In this document: piece by piece, positions 21,984 to 36,682 of the stretch
Layout: each line of letters opens with the position of its first letter
Position numbering within the stretch: position 1 is the stretch's first letter
NCBI RefSeq assembly: GCF_964204645.1
Contig: NC_134029.1
Span: 19,276,950 to 19,340,949, forward strand
Source: Tubulanus polymorphus
Taxonomy: Eukaryota; Animalia; Nemertea
Direction of reading: 5' to 3'
Length of the DNA stretch: 64,000 nucleotides
Notes under the pieces: model-generated
What the model was told of the DNA's origin: nothing
The model's database searches: none
The model's input: the letters and a program-made list of their open reading frames with translations, nothing else
Made by a program: the position numbers and the translations under genes

Positions 21984-22146
21984 GTGAATGCATTTTTCAT
22001 CAACATTTCGGCTATCATAGCCATCATCAGGTGCGCTGGTGTGGGATTAAGTTACATGCATAAGAATTATTAATGATACTAGTAACATATTCCTGATGAT
22101 GGCTATTAGATAATAGCTGAAACTTTGATGAAAAACTCATTCACAT
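21984..22146. ncRNA. Divergent inverted pair of degenerate Penelope-type hammerhead motifs
   Basis: Minus strand CTGATGA-T-GGCTATGATAGCC-GAAA (22006-22030) and plus strand CTGATGA-T-GGCTATTAGATAATAGCT-GAAAC (22093-22123), enclosed by inverted flanks TGAATGCATTTTTCATCAA / TTGATGAAAAACTCATTCA. Confidence 0.6.
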
Positions 22147-25100
22147 TTAGCCGAACCGTGGAATCTAAAACGTTTTAGTCTTATAACATGGGAATTGCTC
22201 CCCCACTATAGAATTTTTAGCAGCGTTGATAATCTATGATCGCCATCATCGAAAATTTGAAGGACACTTTTTCAAAAGGGGTCCGTCCGTCGAACTAACC
22301 CACATCCTGCGTACGGCCCAGCCCAACTGATACATGTTTCATTGATCGCCTAAACCTTATTTTCAGTAGCTCATCTATTACAATTACGTAAACACGGAAC
22401 AAGGGCTTAGAATTGCTGAAGTGACGCTTCTTAAGGATTTAATCTGTTTCTTGCAAATCAAAATCGTAAAAAACAATCAGGAATAATTCTCGTCGAAATA
22501 ATTAGAATTCTTGATATCTCCGCGCGCTTGTAAGCTTTTCCTCAAATTCGTAAAATCCGGGAAACCGGTCTGATTAGACAGATCAGTCGGACAGATTTTG
22601 AAACCGATCCTTCTAACGCAAGCCAGTTTCATTAGTGGCCGATCATTTAAGAAATTTAACAAATTCGAAGTATCGAAGTTATAAAGAGAAGACTTAAAAG
22701 TGACGGAGATTTTCAATCGAAAAATCTAAGTTCGGTGAAATCGTTGATGAGTGTCTTAACCCATAAGCCCGTTCCTTCTTAGGTCCGTGGTAGCGAGCTT
22801 TATCTTGGAGTATTAATTTTGACTGCTTTAACTATTGCATTTACAGTAAGAACCGACTGTAGTGACGAAAATAATATCACAGGTAAAAACACTCGATATG
22901 TTATTCATCGTAGTCAATTCCTCGATGGACTCGAGAATGAATACGAATTCTTTCGCCGGTCTTGTATTACAAGTATTTACCTTTGTAAGACAAGACAGCG
23001 GAGGGAACATTTGATAACCTGTTTTTTTAGCGCGACACACGAGAACCACCGACATTTGCTTTTTGTATCGGCTTTATGTCGAATCGGAGCCGAAACCAGA
23101 GGAGACAGGCGTATCAGAAAAAACTACGATCAAACGAGTAAAACCGAAAAGATTTTTTGCTTAATGGTTTCGTGATGAAAGATTAATATCGACGAAAGAT
23201 TGCAGATCTTTTTTCGCCGGGATGGATTGCTGGGTTTAGGAATTTTTCGTGACAAGGGTCAAACACTGTTAGTAAATATAAGAGACGTATTCAATGTATT
23301 AGTTTTGCTAGGAATTTTATGATATTTTATAATAAACTTATAAGTAAATATGTGTATGAAAATAAAGAAACCGCGTTTCGTATTCGTAAAAGAAACCGAT
23401 GAATCTTAAAAATATACCCGGGTCAGTGAGTTGCTCAAAAGTTGGTTAAAATTAGCAGCAAAAAAAAACAGCGGATATAGTTGGAAAAGGTCTCTCTGTA
23501 CTATGTACTAAGGAAGGCTCCTGATTCTCGAATAACGGCGCAGATCAAGAACATACAATGCATCTTAGAGAATATAACCAAAAGGATGTGGTATTGTGAA
23601 ACGGCAAACTGCAGTTTCACTGGTTAATTAGATGAATTCATTTCCAGTGATGCGCAGCCCTTGGGTCAAATTTTATGGAACTGAGTCACGTTCTATATAT
23701 TCTAATATCCAGATATTCCTTTCGGGTACAATCTCTAAATCTATGGATCCTTTTGGCGCGAACTAGCGGCTATTTCATTAGTTGTGTTAGGTCCCCAATA
23801 AAAACCTCGTAGACAAATTCTCACCAGGCGATGCATGCAAGCGGCCTGCGCATACCTAGCTGAAGTTCGCCATCTTCTCCCAGCAGATATTTCTGGAAAT
23901 ATACCGCACGCCTATGACTGATAACAACCATATACATGTACTAAGGTTGTATTTTTAAAAAACAACGTCCGCGACCTCTGCGTTTGACGAATTTGTTTAG
24001 ATCGGATGTATAGTCCGACAATACATAATCTGCATAACAGAACGATAACCACACTCATCTTCAGGTCACCTGACAATACATAATCACAATACATAATCTG
24101 CATAACGTTTCGGTTCGTGTCGATCCGTGTTTCAGTTTGTATTCTTTTCGGGGAGTATTCATCTTACGATTCAGGGTTTTAACTTAAGATTCCGATTGGC
24201 GCTGCAATTTTTGCGGCAAACCAGCGCACCCGTTCTAGTGTGGCAGTGTATATTTACATTTTAAATAGGAAATACTTAAAATATTTCCTTTTTTTATAAA
24301 TACTTTCAAGTAGTTAATTTTTCCTTTCACTCCGCGTCCTAATTCTTCAAATATTGTTTTCCATGACACCGGATCACCCTCGGTTTCAACGGTGTTTTCG
24401 CTATGTAGTTACTGAATGTGTCTAACGGAGTTGAACTCATTGTGTTAGCGCGCAGAATGTTTTATGGATTGTTTCTTTTTATCTCTCACTTCTGGAAAAG
24501 GCGATTAAATTTTTGAGCTTTAAAAACTGTCCGCAAACCGAGGAAACGTCATACCGCAGACAGAATTCCATCAAATATATAAAACGTATTAAGCACTTAT
24601 ATATATTCTTTGAATTGAAATACTATAATTGCCATCTACCTCAATGAGTTCCGTAGGTTTTTTCTAGTGTCTAGCTTCTAGCGTGACGTACGCGCGTCTA
24701 GAATTTCTCGAAGCCATTCGCATTTTATAATCGTAACGAAATACGATCAAGTTTATTGTTTTGCGCATTCGTATTTCGAATTCAAAGCAACTGCTGAAAC
24801 TTGACGAGTGCCGATCGATTCGAAATTAGAAAAAGATTAAGTCATTTCTATTTATATGAATCATGCCACGCATTATCACCCTTGCCTACATAGATGTCGT
24901 TTGCCGATTGATTTTTGAGCCGAAAGAGCTGCTGAAAATTGAAGATATAATGTACATACTATTTGTTGATGGTGGATTTCAAATTGTAGGGAATAGGAGC
25001 TACAATCTCATATCTCACACCTTCTCTACTTTTTCGTTGAATCGTCGTTAGATTCGCAAACTTAGATTCCCGAAATCTATCTCTATGAATAATTTTCGGG

Positions 25101-25359
25101 ATCCGTGAAATAATTGGATTTAATTCTATCTAAATTACCATCGATTCCAAAATCTATGTCTACGGAGGAAGTAAGAGCCTGCATTCCTCTTTCTTTCGAT
25201 TCTCGTAGATAATTGAAGAAATCACACGATTCGAATTTTATATGATGAAATTTATTATTTTGAAACCACGACTTTTTGGCTGTTGACTAACAGCCATTAT
25301 CAGGTGGAATGATTACCTTCAAGTATCGACACGCATTAGATTGTCATCCGACTATAATT

Positions 25360-25749
25360 CACGCCCGTAGCCAGCCATGTGATTGGCGGAGGGGGGGGGG
25401 GTCGGTATTTACAATAGTGAACTTTTTGTAAGGTGCACACCCCAAAAGGCGCGTAGTTTTATTCGGGGGTCCTGAGAGTGCTCACTCAGATTTTTTTTTC
25501 AAAAATCGGTTGCAAAGAGGGGCGATTTCAAGGCTTCTGGCATATTGCAATTCTGGCATCTTCTGCAATTTGGCATCGAATCAAGCAAGTTTGAAAGGAA
25601 TATGTCTTGAACTGAAAGGGCCAATGAGTGAATTAAAAAAAAATAGATGCTCGGATTTTCTTTAAGGCTGTCATCAGGGCGGTTCTTCCGAGAGGATTGG
25701 GGGGGGGGTTCATCCAAACCCCCAGAACTCCCTTTTTAATACGGACCTG
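25360..25749. mobile_element. Decayed hAT-like MITE
   Basis: CACGCCCGTA ... TACGGACCTG termini with G/C runs; no TSD retained. Confidence 0.45.
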
Positions 25750-26433
25750 GAATTGTCAAGCATTGTTTAGTATCATTCCAATGGTATCATTTTCACGGCG
25801 TTCAAACTGCGACTGACGTCTTCCATCCATAATGACTAGGTACGCAGTCGAAATGCTACATTTAGTGACGGTGTGACTCAATTTAAATTCGCGCTGATGA
25901 GGATGGAAGCTACGTCCTTCTTGTCACTTAAGGATGTTTTGCGCTGAGGAATTGCCCCGTAAATGACACGGTGGAATATCCGAGCGCGATGCGCGGTGCC
26001 TTCCGGGGCAAGGGGAACTGTCTTCAATAACGCCAAATGCTTCGACGCAGCGTGTCTCATCAATAAAATTGACAAACTTCAAGCTTGTGGATATAATTCC
26101 ACATTAAAGTAATCTCTTCGCGAAATCTCTTTTCGAATGTCCCCGCGCCCCGCGTTCTTACGGAATGGGAATTTGATGGTGGATCTGGCGGCGTGTGAAT
26201 ATACGCTACGGCAAAAATTTCGACTCGTATAAACTGGATCAAACTGGATTTTCTCAAATATGATTGATCCTCCTTCGTAAACCGGGAATCAGCTATTTGA
26301 AATGAGCTTTTGAAAATATCGTCAATTGGTTCAACTTACAACTGAAACAGTTAACTCATTTAAAAACCCAAAACTTGAAAGCAAGGAAAAACGAGACCGA
26401 AAGATTTTCTTCAGATTATTCATTTCAATAACA

Positions 26434-26448
26434 TTAATGATAATGATA

Positions 26449-26521
<73 letters not shown>

Positions 26522-26526
26522 TAATC
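26434..26526. repeat. (ATA)n microsatellite, probably the tail of a minus-strand LINE
   Basis: Directly visible; followed by CTTTATT (AATAAAG on the minus strand). Confidence 0.95.
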
Positions 26527-27050
26527 TTTATTTACATGGAAATCATAACATGATATAACACTCAGTTAGAACGATGACCACACTCAAACGTGGTGAACGG
26601 ATAATAAGATAAAATCCCACTATTTACAGATTAAAAGAATTTTTAAATATTTTAGATTTAATAAATAAATTCTTGTTTTTAAATTCTTTTAATCTGTAAA
26701 TAGTGGGATTTTATCTTATTATAACACTCAGTTTTATGGATGCATAATTAAATAGATATATGATTAAATAGATAAATATGTTGTAGAAGTTATAATATCG
26801 ATGAAGATGCCCAAGAAGCAAAATGCTTGTAAAAAGGGTCACCTAAACACATACACACTCACATTCATCCAGAAGAAAAATCGGTTATGTAATAAATGGC
26901 GAATAATTTATGCTAAATCATTTAGCTAGGGATTGTATTATTTTTGAATTTATATTTAAGTTCGTTCAGAGATTTAGAAATTTGTAAGCTGTTGGGATCT
27001 TTCCACTTATATCAAATTTATGAATAAAAATCCCAATACCAGTGGCCACG
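26527..27050 (-). mobile_element. CR1/L2-group LINE 3' remnant
   Basis: Minus-strand translation WKDPNSLQISKSLNELKYKFK resembles an RT C-terminus; polyA signal plus (TAT)n tail. Confidence 0.5.
26601..26722. repeat. Perfect 42-bp inverted repeat with a 38-bp spacer
   Basis: 26601-26642 is the exact reverse complement of 26681-26722. Confidence 0.95.
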
Positions 27051-27064
27051 TTAAGGTGTTCCAA

Positions 27065-27492
27065 TGATAATTTTTGCATTGAAACTAGCCTGTTGGCTGC
27101 GTCCTGTCTTCCCCAATGTCATGGCAAGAACATGGCAATACTGTAATCTAAATATTGCTAAAAATGAATATCATGTTCTGGTAAAATGCCCGTTGTACAG
27201 AGACGAACGAATGAGACGCATCACACAAAATGTTCTTTGTAACCCAAATAGCTGTATACGCTTTTTCTGAAAAATCCAGGCAATATGAATGCTTTCCCTT
27301 GTTTCTCTTAAAGTTTTAGATTAAGCGCGATATAGTATGCATTTCGTAGTTTCGAAATCAATTTCCGTTTGTAAATTGTTTATCATTTCTCTCATCAAAT
27401 TGTTTTGTTGCCCGTGTGGTCATGATATGTATTTTTCCAGATTTTTATTGTAAAAGAAATTATCGTTGACACTAAATTCTATTATTATTATC
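27065..27492 (+). mobile_element. LINE 3' remnant with zinc knuckle
   Basis: QYCNLNIAKNEYHVLVKCPLYRDER is the same motif class as at 12.8 kb; (ATT)n tail near 27480. Confidence 0.7.
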
Positions 27493-27659
27493 ACATTCCA
27501 ATAGTCATCTGCAGGACTACTAATGTTACAACAGCAATTATTAGATATATGTGTATATACAATCCGAAACAAAATACTAATCAAAATCAGAAGAATGAAC
27601 GAATTTATTTTTCATCGTATCGATGACAATATAGATATAAGCAATGATTATATACAATA

Positions 27660-29348
27660 ATCTTTGGGTACAGTCACGTCACCACGTCTTGGCTTGGTCC
27701 AAAGTTGTTACAGCCTGTGGGCTCTGTGACTGCACCCTCACTTACTGATGTAAACTCGGCATTGATATTCTTTCATTTCAATGCTATCTTTAAGTGAAAA
27801 GTAAATCATTATTCGATAGGTTTTGAGGCAATGTGTGGGAGCCCGGCTGTACACTTGGTGGCCGAAGAAGAGAAAAGAGATAGACGGCCTATAGACGTGT
27901 ACGTGGCTTATACAGGGATGAAGCTAGAAATGGAAATACTGGAGTAATAATTGATGGGTAACACTCGGTAGGGAGAGATCACTGATAACAGTTAATGATT
28001 CAAGAAGTTATTCATTCCATGGATGTTTTATTCATCTCGTGTCTATGTTAATGGTATCCAGAAATTGTATGCTTTAATACCAATCAAAAAAGTGAACAAA
28101 TAATCATAACGTTTAGATTTGCGTATGGCATGGATCGTGTATCTATTAGATGTATTGGTAATAACAATAATCACGCTGCACTGTGTCTCAATGCGGTGTA
28201 GTTATGATTACATACGTATCAAAAAGGTAGTACTTATGAAGACGAGTTTTGATTTACCAAATGTTAACATTTACCCAGAGGGTATAAGGGACAGCAGCTA
28301 CGGGTGCATTAACTGTAAACCGTTAATGTCTACTGACGACTTGGTTTCAATACCGCATATGCCCTTTGAATGTTACGCTCGTTTACCGCTATCTTTTTAT
28401 ACCTATTATACTTGCGCCTCGATTTTTCAAACCGATATCGATCGTGCGAACCACTTCCCGTTCTCTTCATTTCTTAAATGATATCAGAATCGATCGTAAA
28501 GTTCCATCGATTACAGAATAATCTAGTCCATCCATGATGTCGTGGTGGAATCAAACCGTTCAAAACTCGGTGAAATTGAAATGAAATATATAGTTTGTGA
28601 ACGGGGTATGGGATAGAAAATGTGCCTACTATTACAAACTTTAACTTTAAACTTGATTTGACAAAGCCAAGGTCGCATAATTGACAATCATAATTGGTAT
28701 GATAACATACAAGCGGATTTAACAAAAAGATTATTCATATTTTGGTGGATGCCAAGGAGTGTAGGTAATGAACACGGAAATAGTAAATTGAGTCCCTGAG
28801 TTGTCTGATAAGATGACCTGACTTTGATTAACCGTTCAATGAATGAATCGATAATGATTTGTGACGGTCTACTTGTATCATTCAAATAAAAAAAAAAATT
28901 TCTTTTCGAAATTTTTAGACGACCGTCAATAGTGTAAAGATTGGATTATTTTGACTTATGCGATATCAACAAAATTTGTTATTACCGATCTGGAGGTCTC
29001 GAGTTCCTGCTGGATCATCCAGACGGCGACTCGTTTTACTATTCACGCCTCATTTCTTTTAAATTTGATAATCATGTCAAGATGAAACGAACATAAACAG
29101 TAGCGAAGTAATTCACAATAAACCTTTCTCTATTATAAGAGCTTTCATCCTGTCTACCGTTACATAAGAGACTGGATCGACCAATGATTAATCATTGGTG
29201 TAATCTATTGTGGCTAAACGCTTTTCTGGAATAGGCTTGTGTAGTTATTCGCTGGAATACGAAGTGGCGAACGCTTTGTAAAGGATATCAGAAACCCTCA
29301 ACACCTCCTTTGATAACTTCTCGTTCGGACTTTAATGTAACTGTCACA
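27660..29348 (-). mobile_element. Decayed LTR retrotransposon: LTR ~28977-29348 plus internal remnant
   Basis: Minus-strand segment TGTGACA...GGTAATAACA with TATAA and AGTAAA boxes. Adjacent minus-strand translation VILSDNSGTQFT...YTPWHP resembles an integrase core. No second LTR or TSD found; left boundary approximate. Confidence 0.4.
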
Positions 29349-31619
29349 CGATACGTCTTTTACATCATTCGGCGCGCAATGCAAAGCGCCGCGCACTTTG
29401 ATTTGATTCATGAATGAAGCGAAAAATATACGCGCACCTCTTCTCTAAAAGCATCATTCATTTGCATTCCCCTTCTCTCATTGAATTACGTCGTGAGAAT
29501 TACGCAGTTTCTAAGCTTTCCTTTGAAGCCTCTGTATAAAGCGTGGGATTTGCCTTGTTTTTGAGCATGTATTCATTGTGTGAGTTGCGTCGTATTTTCC
29601 GAATAATTTACTTTTTACCCCGTTCAAAAGCGTTCAGAACCGGACGCGTTAACGAACTCAATTTGCAACTGGTTTTGATGAGCTTCGGCGGGAGCTTCCG
29701 TGCATGCCATTATGCATATAATTCAAAATGGTGGTTTAAGTTCTCTGTTCGTTTATAAAAGCACTTTCCATCATTCGCATCTTTGTTTCATTTCCACAAT
29801 TCTGGCAAAATCACGTGTTCTTCCATAAGTATAGAAAAGGTCACTGTAACCTCTAATTGATGGTCTAAACCAAATGAGTTCAAGCCCATACCTTATGGGA
29901 CAATCTAACACCTGAAGAACAAGATTATAGAAACAGTTAAGGTTTACTTAATTGTGGGTTTACTTTGAAACAACTGAAATAATATATTAGTCGACTTCTC
30001 AGACAGATTTCAATTCGCTGTAGTTACAATATGGTATGATGTTCAGGGGCAAATTAAGGTTCATTTTTTTTTGTGCTGCATTTTTGTTCATTTTTTTTGT
30101 GCCGTCGTTCGATTCATTATTCACTTTTCAGTGCCTTCCGCTTGTTCGCCATCCATTTTGTTTAGACTCTCGATGCGAGCAATGTGTTTTCAGCGCCAAT
30201 TTAACATCCTACAATGAAACTCATTGACGTGACGAAAACGGAGTTGAAAATGATAGTATTTTCGCAGCGCGCGCGCGTGTGATTTATTTCAGCTCGCACG
30301 AAAGCTGATTTCGCATTTTAATGGCTCGGCGAAATGTGCCAGCTACAATCTCTGAAAATCAGCTCGCTTAAAAGTTGGAAATGGAAATCTTTCTTCGGCT
30401 TCAAAAAGCGACGGCAACCAACGAACTAAATATTCAATAGAAACGACGCGATCAATCTTTGTTAAACTCGGAAGAGACTGAAATCGTCGGCTTGTCTCGT
30501 GTCTGTTTATGGTAATCCCGAACCAACATTCAATATTAGCCTTTCAATCCGTGGATGCGCGCGGCTTCCATTTTGAGGATTGAATAATCTCCTAAAAAAG
30601 CAGAGTTTACGAGAAAGAGATAACGAGGCAAAAATCAAATGAACTAAGTGAGCTGTATTTTGACTAGGGATAAATTCGTCCATGAAAGTGCGAATATATC
30701 GTGGTCTGCCCATGGTGCGTGGTTATCAAGTTCTCCATTTTTATATCTTATCCTCGTTCGGGATCAATCGGTATAGGGAAAACGTTCTCCGCCAAGCTGG
30801 TAGCATTAAATATTTCAGAGTATTTAGAACATTTGACACCATGCGCACTTAACGGGGCTGAAACAACGGGCCGCTTGCTTTTGCATTTTTAATATCCTTA
30901 GGTTTTAGTCGTCTGTTGCGACAGTTAACAGCCAGGCGAATCCATCTACTAGTGAGAGATCAGAATACACCCGACACGGCTCAGGTATCAAACGGGTTTA
31001 ACTGAAAATGAATATATATATATATTTGTATCAAACGAGTTGGCAAGCGAATTGCTGGAATACCGGCGGTGGCGCTTTAATTTCAAACCTGTTGAAGGGT
31101 GTTTATCTTTATTCAGAAAAATTGAATTCCTACCCGATGATATAAGCGCTATAAATAAGTATTCACCGGTTAAAGTTGTCGAGAAGTTTTCAGGCCACGC
31201 CCCAGAAACGCTGATTCCCGATGTTTTTGTTCAATGTTATGTCGTAATACGTCGCTAGTCCATTCGTGTTCATTGCTGAAACCACTTTCAAACGACGGGC
31301 GCGCCTCGCGAGATATTTACCGAAAATCTGGTTCGTATTCTCCGAATCAATCATTTCTAACAATCTGATGGACTTGAACAAATTGTCTATATAAATAATG
31401 TTTATATGCTTCAACCTCTATATGGCCCGGTGCCCAACTTAATTTCTGCATCTCGATACATAATGATGCATAACGGTAATGTGCTGTATACAATCATGGT
31501 GTTTAACTTCATCTCCGGGGTTATTTAGATTGATTTTAAGAAGATTCAAACAAGAAAACTCGAAACATTATTGATGCCTTGAAAATAACACATACATTGC
31601 TTAATATTGTCGACAAAAA

Positions 31620-31990
31620 TAATATCATATAGATTATATGATATTAAAGATCAAAATAGTTATCTTGGATTTTAGTACATCGATGAGTGAATTGAGTTGA
31701 CCGGCCACCAGTCTAGCCCCGATATATTGATGACGTAGTGCACATCTTCTCCTCAAACAATGATTATCACAATCTATCGAACATAAAAAATAGAGATATG
31801 AAATATATTTAATTACAAAATAAACGCTAGAATTCACAATAATTGGAATTTCTAATTTGAAAATCCAAAATTGATGACGCAGAACACATTGACTCACTCA
31901 GAACTCCTTGAATAACGCATATACTAGATATAATTGTATATAATAAACATTATTGTAACGTATTGTATCATACGCCGTCAAAAAAATTTA
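31620..31990 (+). repeat. Dispersed repeat, copy 1 of 2
   Basis: TTGACCGGCCACCAGTCTAGCCCCGATATATTGATGACGTAGTGCACATC and flanks align with 35430-35780. Confidence 0.75.
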
Positions 31991-34716
31991 CGACTTATGT
32001 GCATGGCAACCCTTTCGTTTTCAATGCCTCCGTCAATTAGTGTTAGTCCTTATAAGCTTTGCGCAGCAGCTCCGGGCGTTAATACTAAACTGATCTATAA
32101 GATCAACTCGAAGGAAATCACTGTTGTTTTAAACTACTCGCGTTCGATTTTAGTTTCTTGTCAAGTGGATCAATACAGACCGATACTTCATACACGATTG
32201 CGTTTAGAATAGAATGTATTGATGATATCGATAAACGTCGTGAAAATGAATAAATCAGTAAAATAGTACATTGTTACAGGGACGAAAACGAATGCTGACC
32301 ATTTATTGAGTTTATGTCTGTCTCTCGCTTTTCGCTCCGGATCAAAATACGCCTAGATGATTTCTTTGCAATATTTCATGGGTCATTTGCGTGTCCATTC
32401 GCCGTGATCAGATGATATTGTTGTTTAGTTCTGAAATACATCTTTCGCCGCTCTCATTTCTCCCATCAAAAATTGATCCTGACGGTTTGCAATTTTTCAC
32501 GGCCCATTACACTGCCATACAAAAAAAAAATGATATACGGGGAACGCAAACAATGACTAGCGGCTATGTCGGTTTGATGACCTGGCCGGCATGATGCGAT
32601 TGCGCGTGGACAGGATGTGAAACAATTTTTGCGCAAATAAACGCCCGATTACTTATATTGGATAAGTCATCTTTTATTATGACGTGCATCTTTTCTTTTC
32701 GTTAAAAGAGCGACGGGCATATTACGAACGACGCGATGATCGATGGCCGTAGACGAACAGAGAGAGAGAGGAATAGCCTTCGCCATCATCATCATCGTCA
32801 TCATCATCGCCGACCAAATTAACTTGTACACACAGAATCGTCTGCAGCTAATTGATCGAGATAACCTCGCGATAAACGATGGTCACTCAGCCGGTAGAGA
32901 TTTATTTCATCGTCTGTCGGCAGTGGTCGTCTGCGATGGCCGTCTGCGTCGAGCAAGATGTCGCGGCTTCTATTATACCTTGCCATCAATACAATCAAAA
33001 GCCGAATGCTGTAACGGGCACCGGGGGCGATCTTGGGAAAATTAATAAATCTTTTACGACTGCTGCACGAGAAATCTGTCCCTGTTTGCTAAAGAATAAA
33101 TATATTGGCGTTTTATTAGGTGACTGCTTTCGTGTTTCAAGATAGTTCTTCATATAAATCCTATATGAAGATTCGCCCACTTTGAAGGGTAGTCAATGGA
33201 TTTCATGTGTACAATTTCGTTTTCAATTTCAAAGATATCTTCGAATTTCACGCATTCGCGTTTTAGAAATAGTCGCTACATATTTTCTCTTCGTGAGCGT
33301 AGCGTTTCGTTGAATCTCATATACCAACGTGAATAGAACGTATTCCGCCCGACAGCAAGACACTTTGTTCCGATGTAATTCAGAATATACGGTTTCAATT
33401 TTAGACGTATAAGGCTTAAAAGCGATTTAGAAGAAAATCACGTCTGATATTAAAAAGTCAAACGGAATTACGTAACATAAGCGGGAACAGTATCTCCGCA
33501 ACTCTGAACATGAAGCGTGTTCGACGAAGAAACCGAACGATCGTAGATTATTTGCATAATATTCGTTACACTAGGGATTGATTGGGATTTGGCATTACAC
33601 GACTTCCTAATCACGTGTCAAATTGATTAAGCCTGTTCAATATTTCAAACTTGTCAGACGGCTTGCTCGTATTTTAATACGGCGCGCGGCGAATGATATT
33701 TTCGACGAGACCGTGCTATAGCGTCGATGCCGCTCTAATTCTGAAAAATTAGCCTTAACGACCGTGCTCTTATCGGTTAGAAGAAGCACCGAGTCGAGAG
33801 CTGTGAATAAAATTCCGGGGGTAATTTGCATCTGAACGTTTCCGTAATGCGGCGTGACATTGTCTTTCTTCAGTTCTCGAGCAGAATTTTCTCAACTTCA
33901 CGCGAAAGATTTGTCTGATCATACCGCGCTAACGGTAATCAGGTCTTTTGATCATGACAACAAGACTTTACTTAGTCTGAATTTAGCCGCGAAACAACGT
34001 CGCGTGTTGTTGTACATTAAGGTTACATCGACGTGATATTTTGCGTATGTTTTCCCCATTTTTTACTATGATAATTCGTGTATACCGATACCATTGAAAA
34101 AAAAGACCGCGGGCAGAACGTTCTCAGTTCCTCGAAAGGATAGTGGTAACGATGCAAGTCAAAGCCAATCCATCCGTAGAAATGAAGTCGCTTTTCTCGC
34201 TGGTAAAATGACCTTAAGGTTGGCGCATTGTTCCCAGGCGTGTTTACGTATGAGCAACGTTGGAGAGAGGACTCACCAGAGAAGTTTAATAAAGATGGCT
34301 TCGCCTTAATGCCCTTATTGATTTACTCGCGAGACAAGATTTCAGCTAAATATTTCACTGTCACCGTTTTTACGATAAGAAACGTGAAATAGCGTCGGCG
34401 CCTTGAGCTATTGCCAGCATATTAGCGTCGTAGCGAATAACCCCTTCACATCAAAAAGGAAACGGCATAAGTCAGAGTAGTTCGCTGATTTTTAACTGCG
34501 CATCGCTAAGAACTTAGATAAGCACCCGACAAGAACTCGGTGATGTAACGTCAGTCACCGATGAACGAGTCGGGAATTTCTGATAATGTCAACGCCGAGT
34601 GAATCGTGCGTTTTTAACGAGCGCCTATCGCAAATCGGTGGTTTTAATTAGAATGAAATATTTAAAATATCGTTACGCAGCAGTTGGCGGTCTTTAATCA
34701 CGGCGGCTTTGTGTCG

Positions 34717-34745
34717 AGAGAGAGAGAGAGAGAGAGGGAGAGAGC
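34717..34745. repeat. (GA)n microsatellite
   Basis: Directly visible. Confidence 0.9.
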
Positions 34746-35134
34746 GGGATTTCTTTGCGGAGATTACGCAAACGCCGGAGATTTCATTGACATCGACTCC
34801 TTAATTAGCAAGTCAAAGAAAACGAAGCGCTCATCAGATGAACAGCAAGAGAAAAAAACCAGAAACCGAAGATAATTTTAGACGATTTTATATTTTTGAG
34901 ATATCGCTGTTGTATTAAGCTATTATTTTACAAAGCAACGATTCCGTTCGTCGCTACTCGAATTTCCGTTTTTTTTAGTTAATTCTGAATTAAGCTAATC
35001 ATGTTGACGTGGAAATTACGTAAATACCATCCGCAATCGTGTAGGGATTCGAACCTGATGACATCGCAAGACTCGGCATTCGATGACGTGATCAGGATGA
35101 CTCAAATATATACGATGTCTATATATACTCAGTC

Positions 35135-35268
35135 AGTACTCCTGATGATGGCTAACAGTTGTTAGCCGAAACATCGCTCCTCAAATACAATCATTCTGAT
35201 ATAGAATTTTTCAATCTTGGCTTCGTTATTGTGGGATTTCTCTCGTCATCATCATACACGGATATTGT
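35135..35268 (+). ncRNA. Degenerate Penelope-type hammerhead motif with conserved flank
   Basis: CTGATGA-T-GGCTAAC(AGTT)GTTAGCC-GAAAC at 35142-35172. The downstream sequence is reverse-complementary to 50892-50950 and similar to 48480-48590. Confidence 0.6.
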
Positions 35269-35429
35269 GTATCTTCTCGTCTAATACGATGTCTATCCTT
35301 AAAACGCGAATTCGAATTTTGAAAACGGAATGAATGTATCGATATCACGATGACAAGAAAACTAACTTGAAATTTTATTGACGCCTGGAGAAACGACAAA
35401 CATATTGCTTGATACGGTCGACAGTAAAA

Positions 35430-35780
35430 AAGATGATATTAACCGTATACACATGTAATATCAAGGATCAATTAAGTTATTTCATCTTTGAATATATCAA
35501 TGATTGAATTGAATTGACCGCCAACCAGTCTAACCTCGATATATCGATGACGTAGCACACATCCTCTCGAAAATAATTATCAAAATTTATCAAAAATAAA
35601 GACAGAGTTATGATTTAGTTAAAAGATAAATGCCAACATTCAAAAGTGTAATTGTTATTTTGAAACGCCGATATTGATGACGTAGTGCACATCGACTCAC
35701 ACAGAGCCCCTTATATGACGCTTACTAGGCATCAATGTATAAAAACATTATTAGAACAGTTTTTACGGCGTCTAAAAAGA
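35430..35780 (+). repeat. Dispersed repeat, copy 2 of 2
   Basis: Aligns with 31620-31990. Confidence 0.75.
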
Positions 35781-36427
35781 AATAAGGGCGATTTTCCATG
35801 CGCTTTTAGAATACAAGCGAAAAGAAGTTAAATCATTCCAGCATATCGGCTCGACTCGAATTTCGTTATAGCCCCGCGTGCTTAAGCGAATCGGTCGGGG
35901 ATTTACTACGCGTAAACGAAGTCAATGCCGGGTCAAGTATCGGAGATTTTATTTCAAAAATTTCTATACGCGCATTATCGAAAATGAAATCGATGTCAAA
36001 ACTGCAAAAACCGCGGCATTAGTATTAGCAAACGGGCGCAGGCGCGTTATTTTCATGAATCAGTCTTTTAAAAAGCAAACGACTTAGCGCTCGGCTATAT
36101 TGTAGCGTGTCCTATAATACAGTTTCATATTCGTCGTTCGTGACTGATAAAAATCCAATTTTTCCATCGGAAGAGAAGAAATTGCCTGAGATTAGTGTGA
36201 CAAAACGCCAGCCCCCCCCCATCAACTATCGGCACGCGATGTTAGTTCGGTGCGAACGATCATACGTCGAGAAATAGATTTTTTCGAGTGCTTCGAGAAT
36301 TTTGGCAAGATATTCATTGCACGACATATTTTTGATACTGGCCCGATAAACGTTCGTATGCGTTGTTTTGAATCGAATTCGTATATATGGTTAACTGTAT
36401 ATGCATTTCGATCTAAAGGTGTCTTGT

Positions 36428-36682
36428 CAAGCCGGTGCTGAGTGGGGGTTCTGGGGTAGCGAACGAACCTCCTAAAATGTTCAAGACACCCTTCTAAGTC
36501 AGTGTCAAAAGATTTTGGGTCAAGATTTTGCGAAACTTGGATGAAACTTTCATGGTTTCATTCTCAAATGATTTGTTCAGGTACCCGGGCACTTCATATT
36601 TTAAGATGTGTTCTTTTTTCGATAGGAAAGTGGCACTTTTCTTGAAATAGAATTGCCCCTCAAAAAACTCGGCACGGGCCTG
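36428..36682 (+). mobile_element. hAT-like MITE, family copy 3
   Basis: CAAGCCGGTGCTGAG ... CTCGGCACGGGCCTG; colinear with 15320-15576. Confidence 0.7.

Noticed and set aside
26326-26553. Poly-isoleucine ORF
   Set aside because: Translation of an (ATA)n microsatellite.
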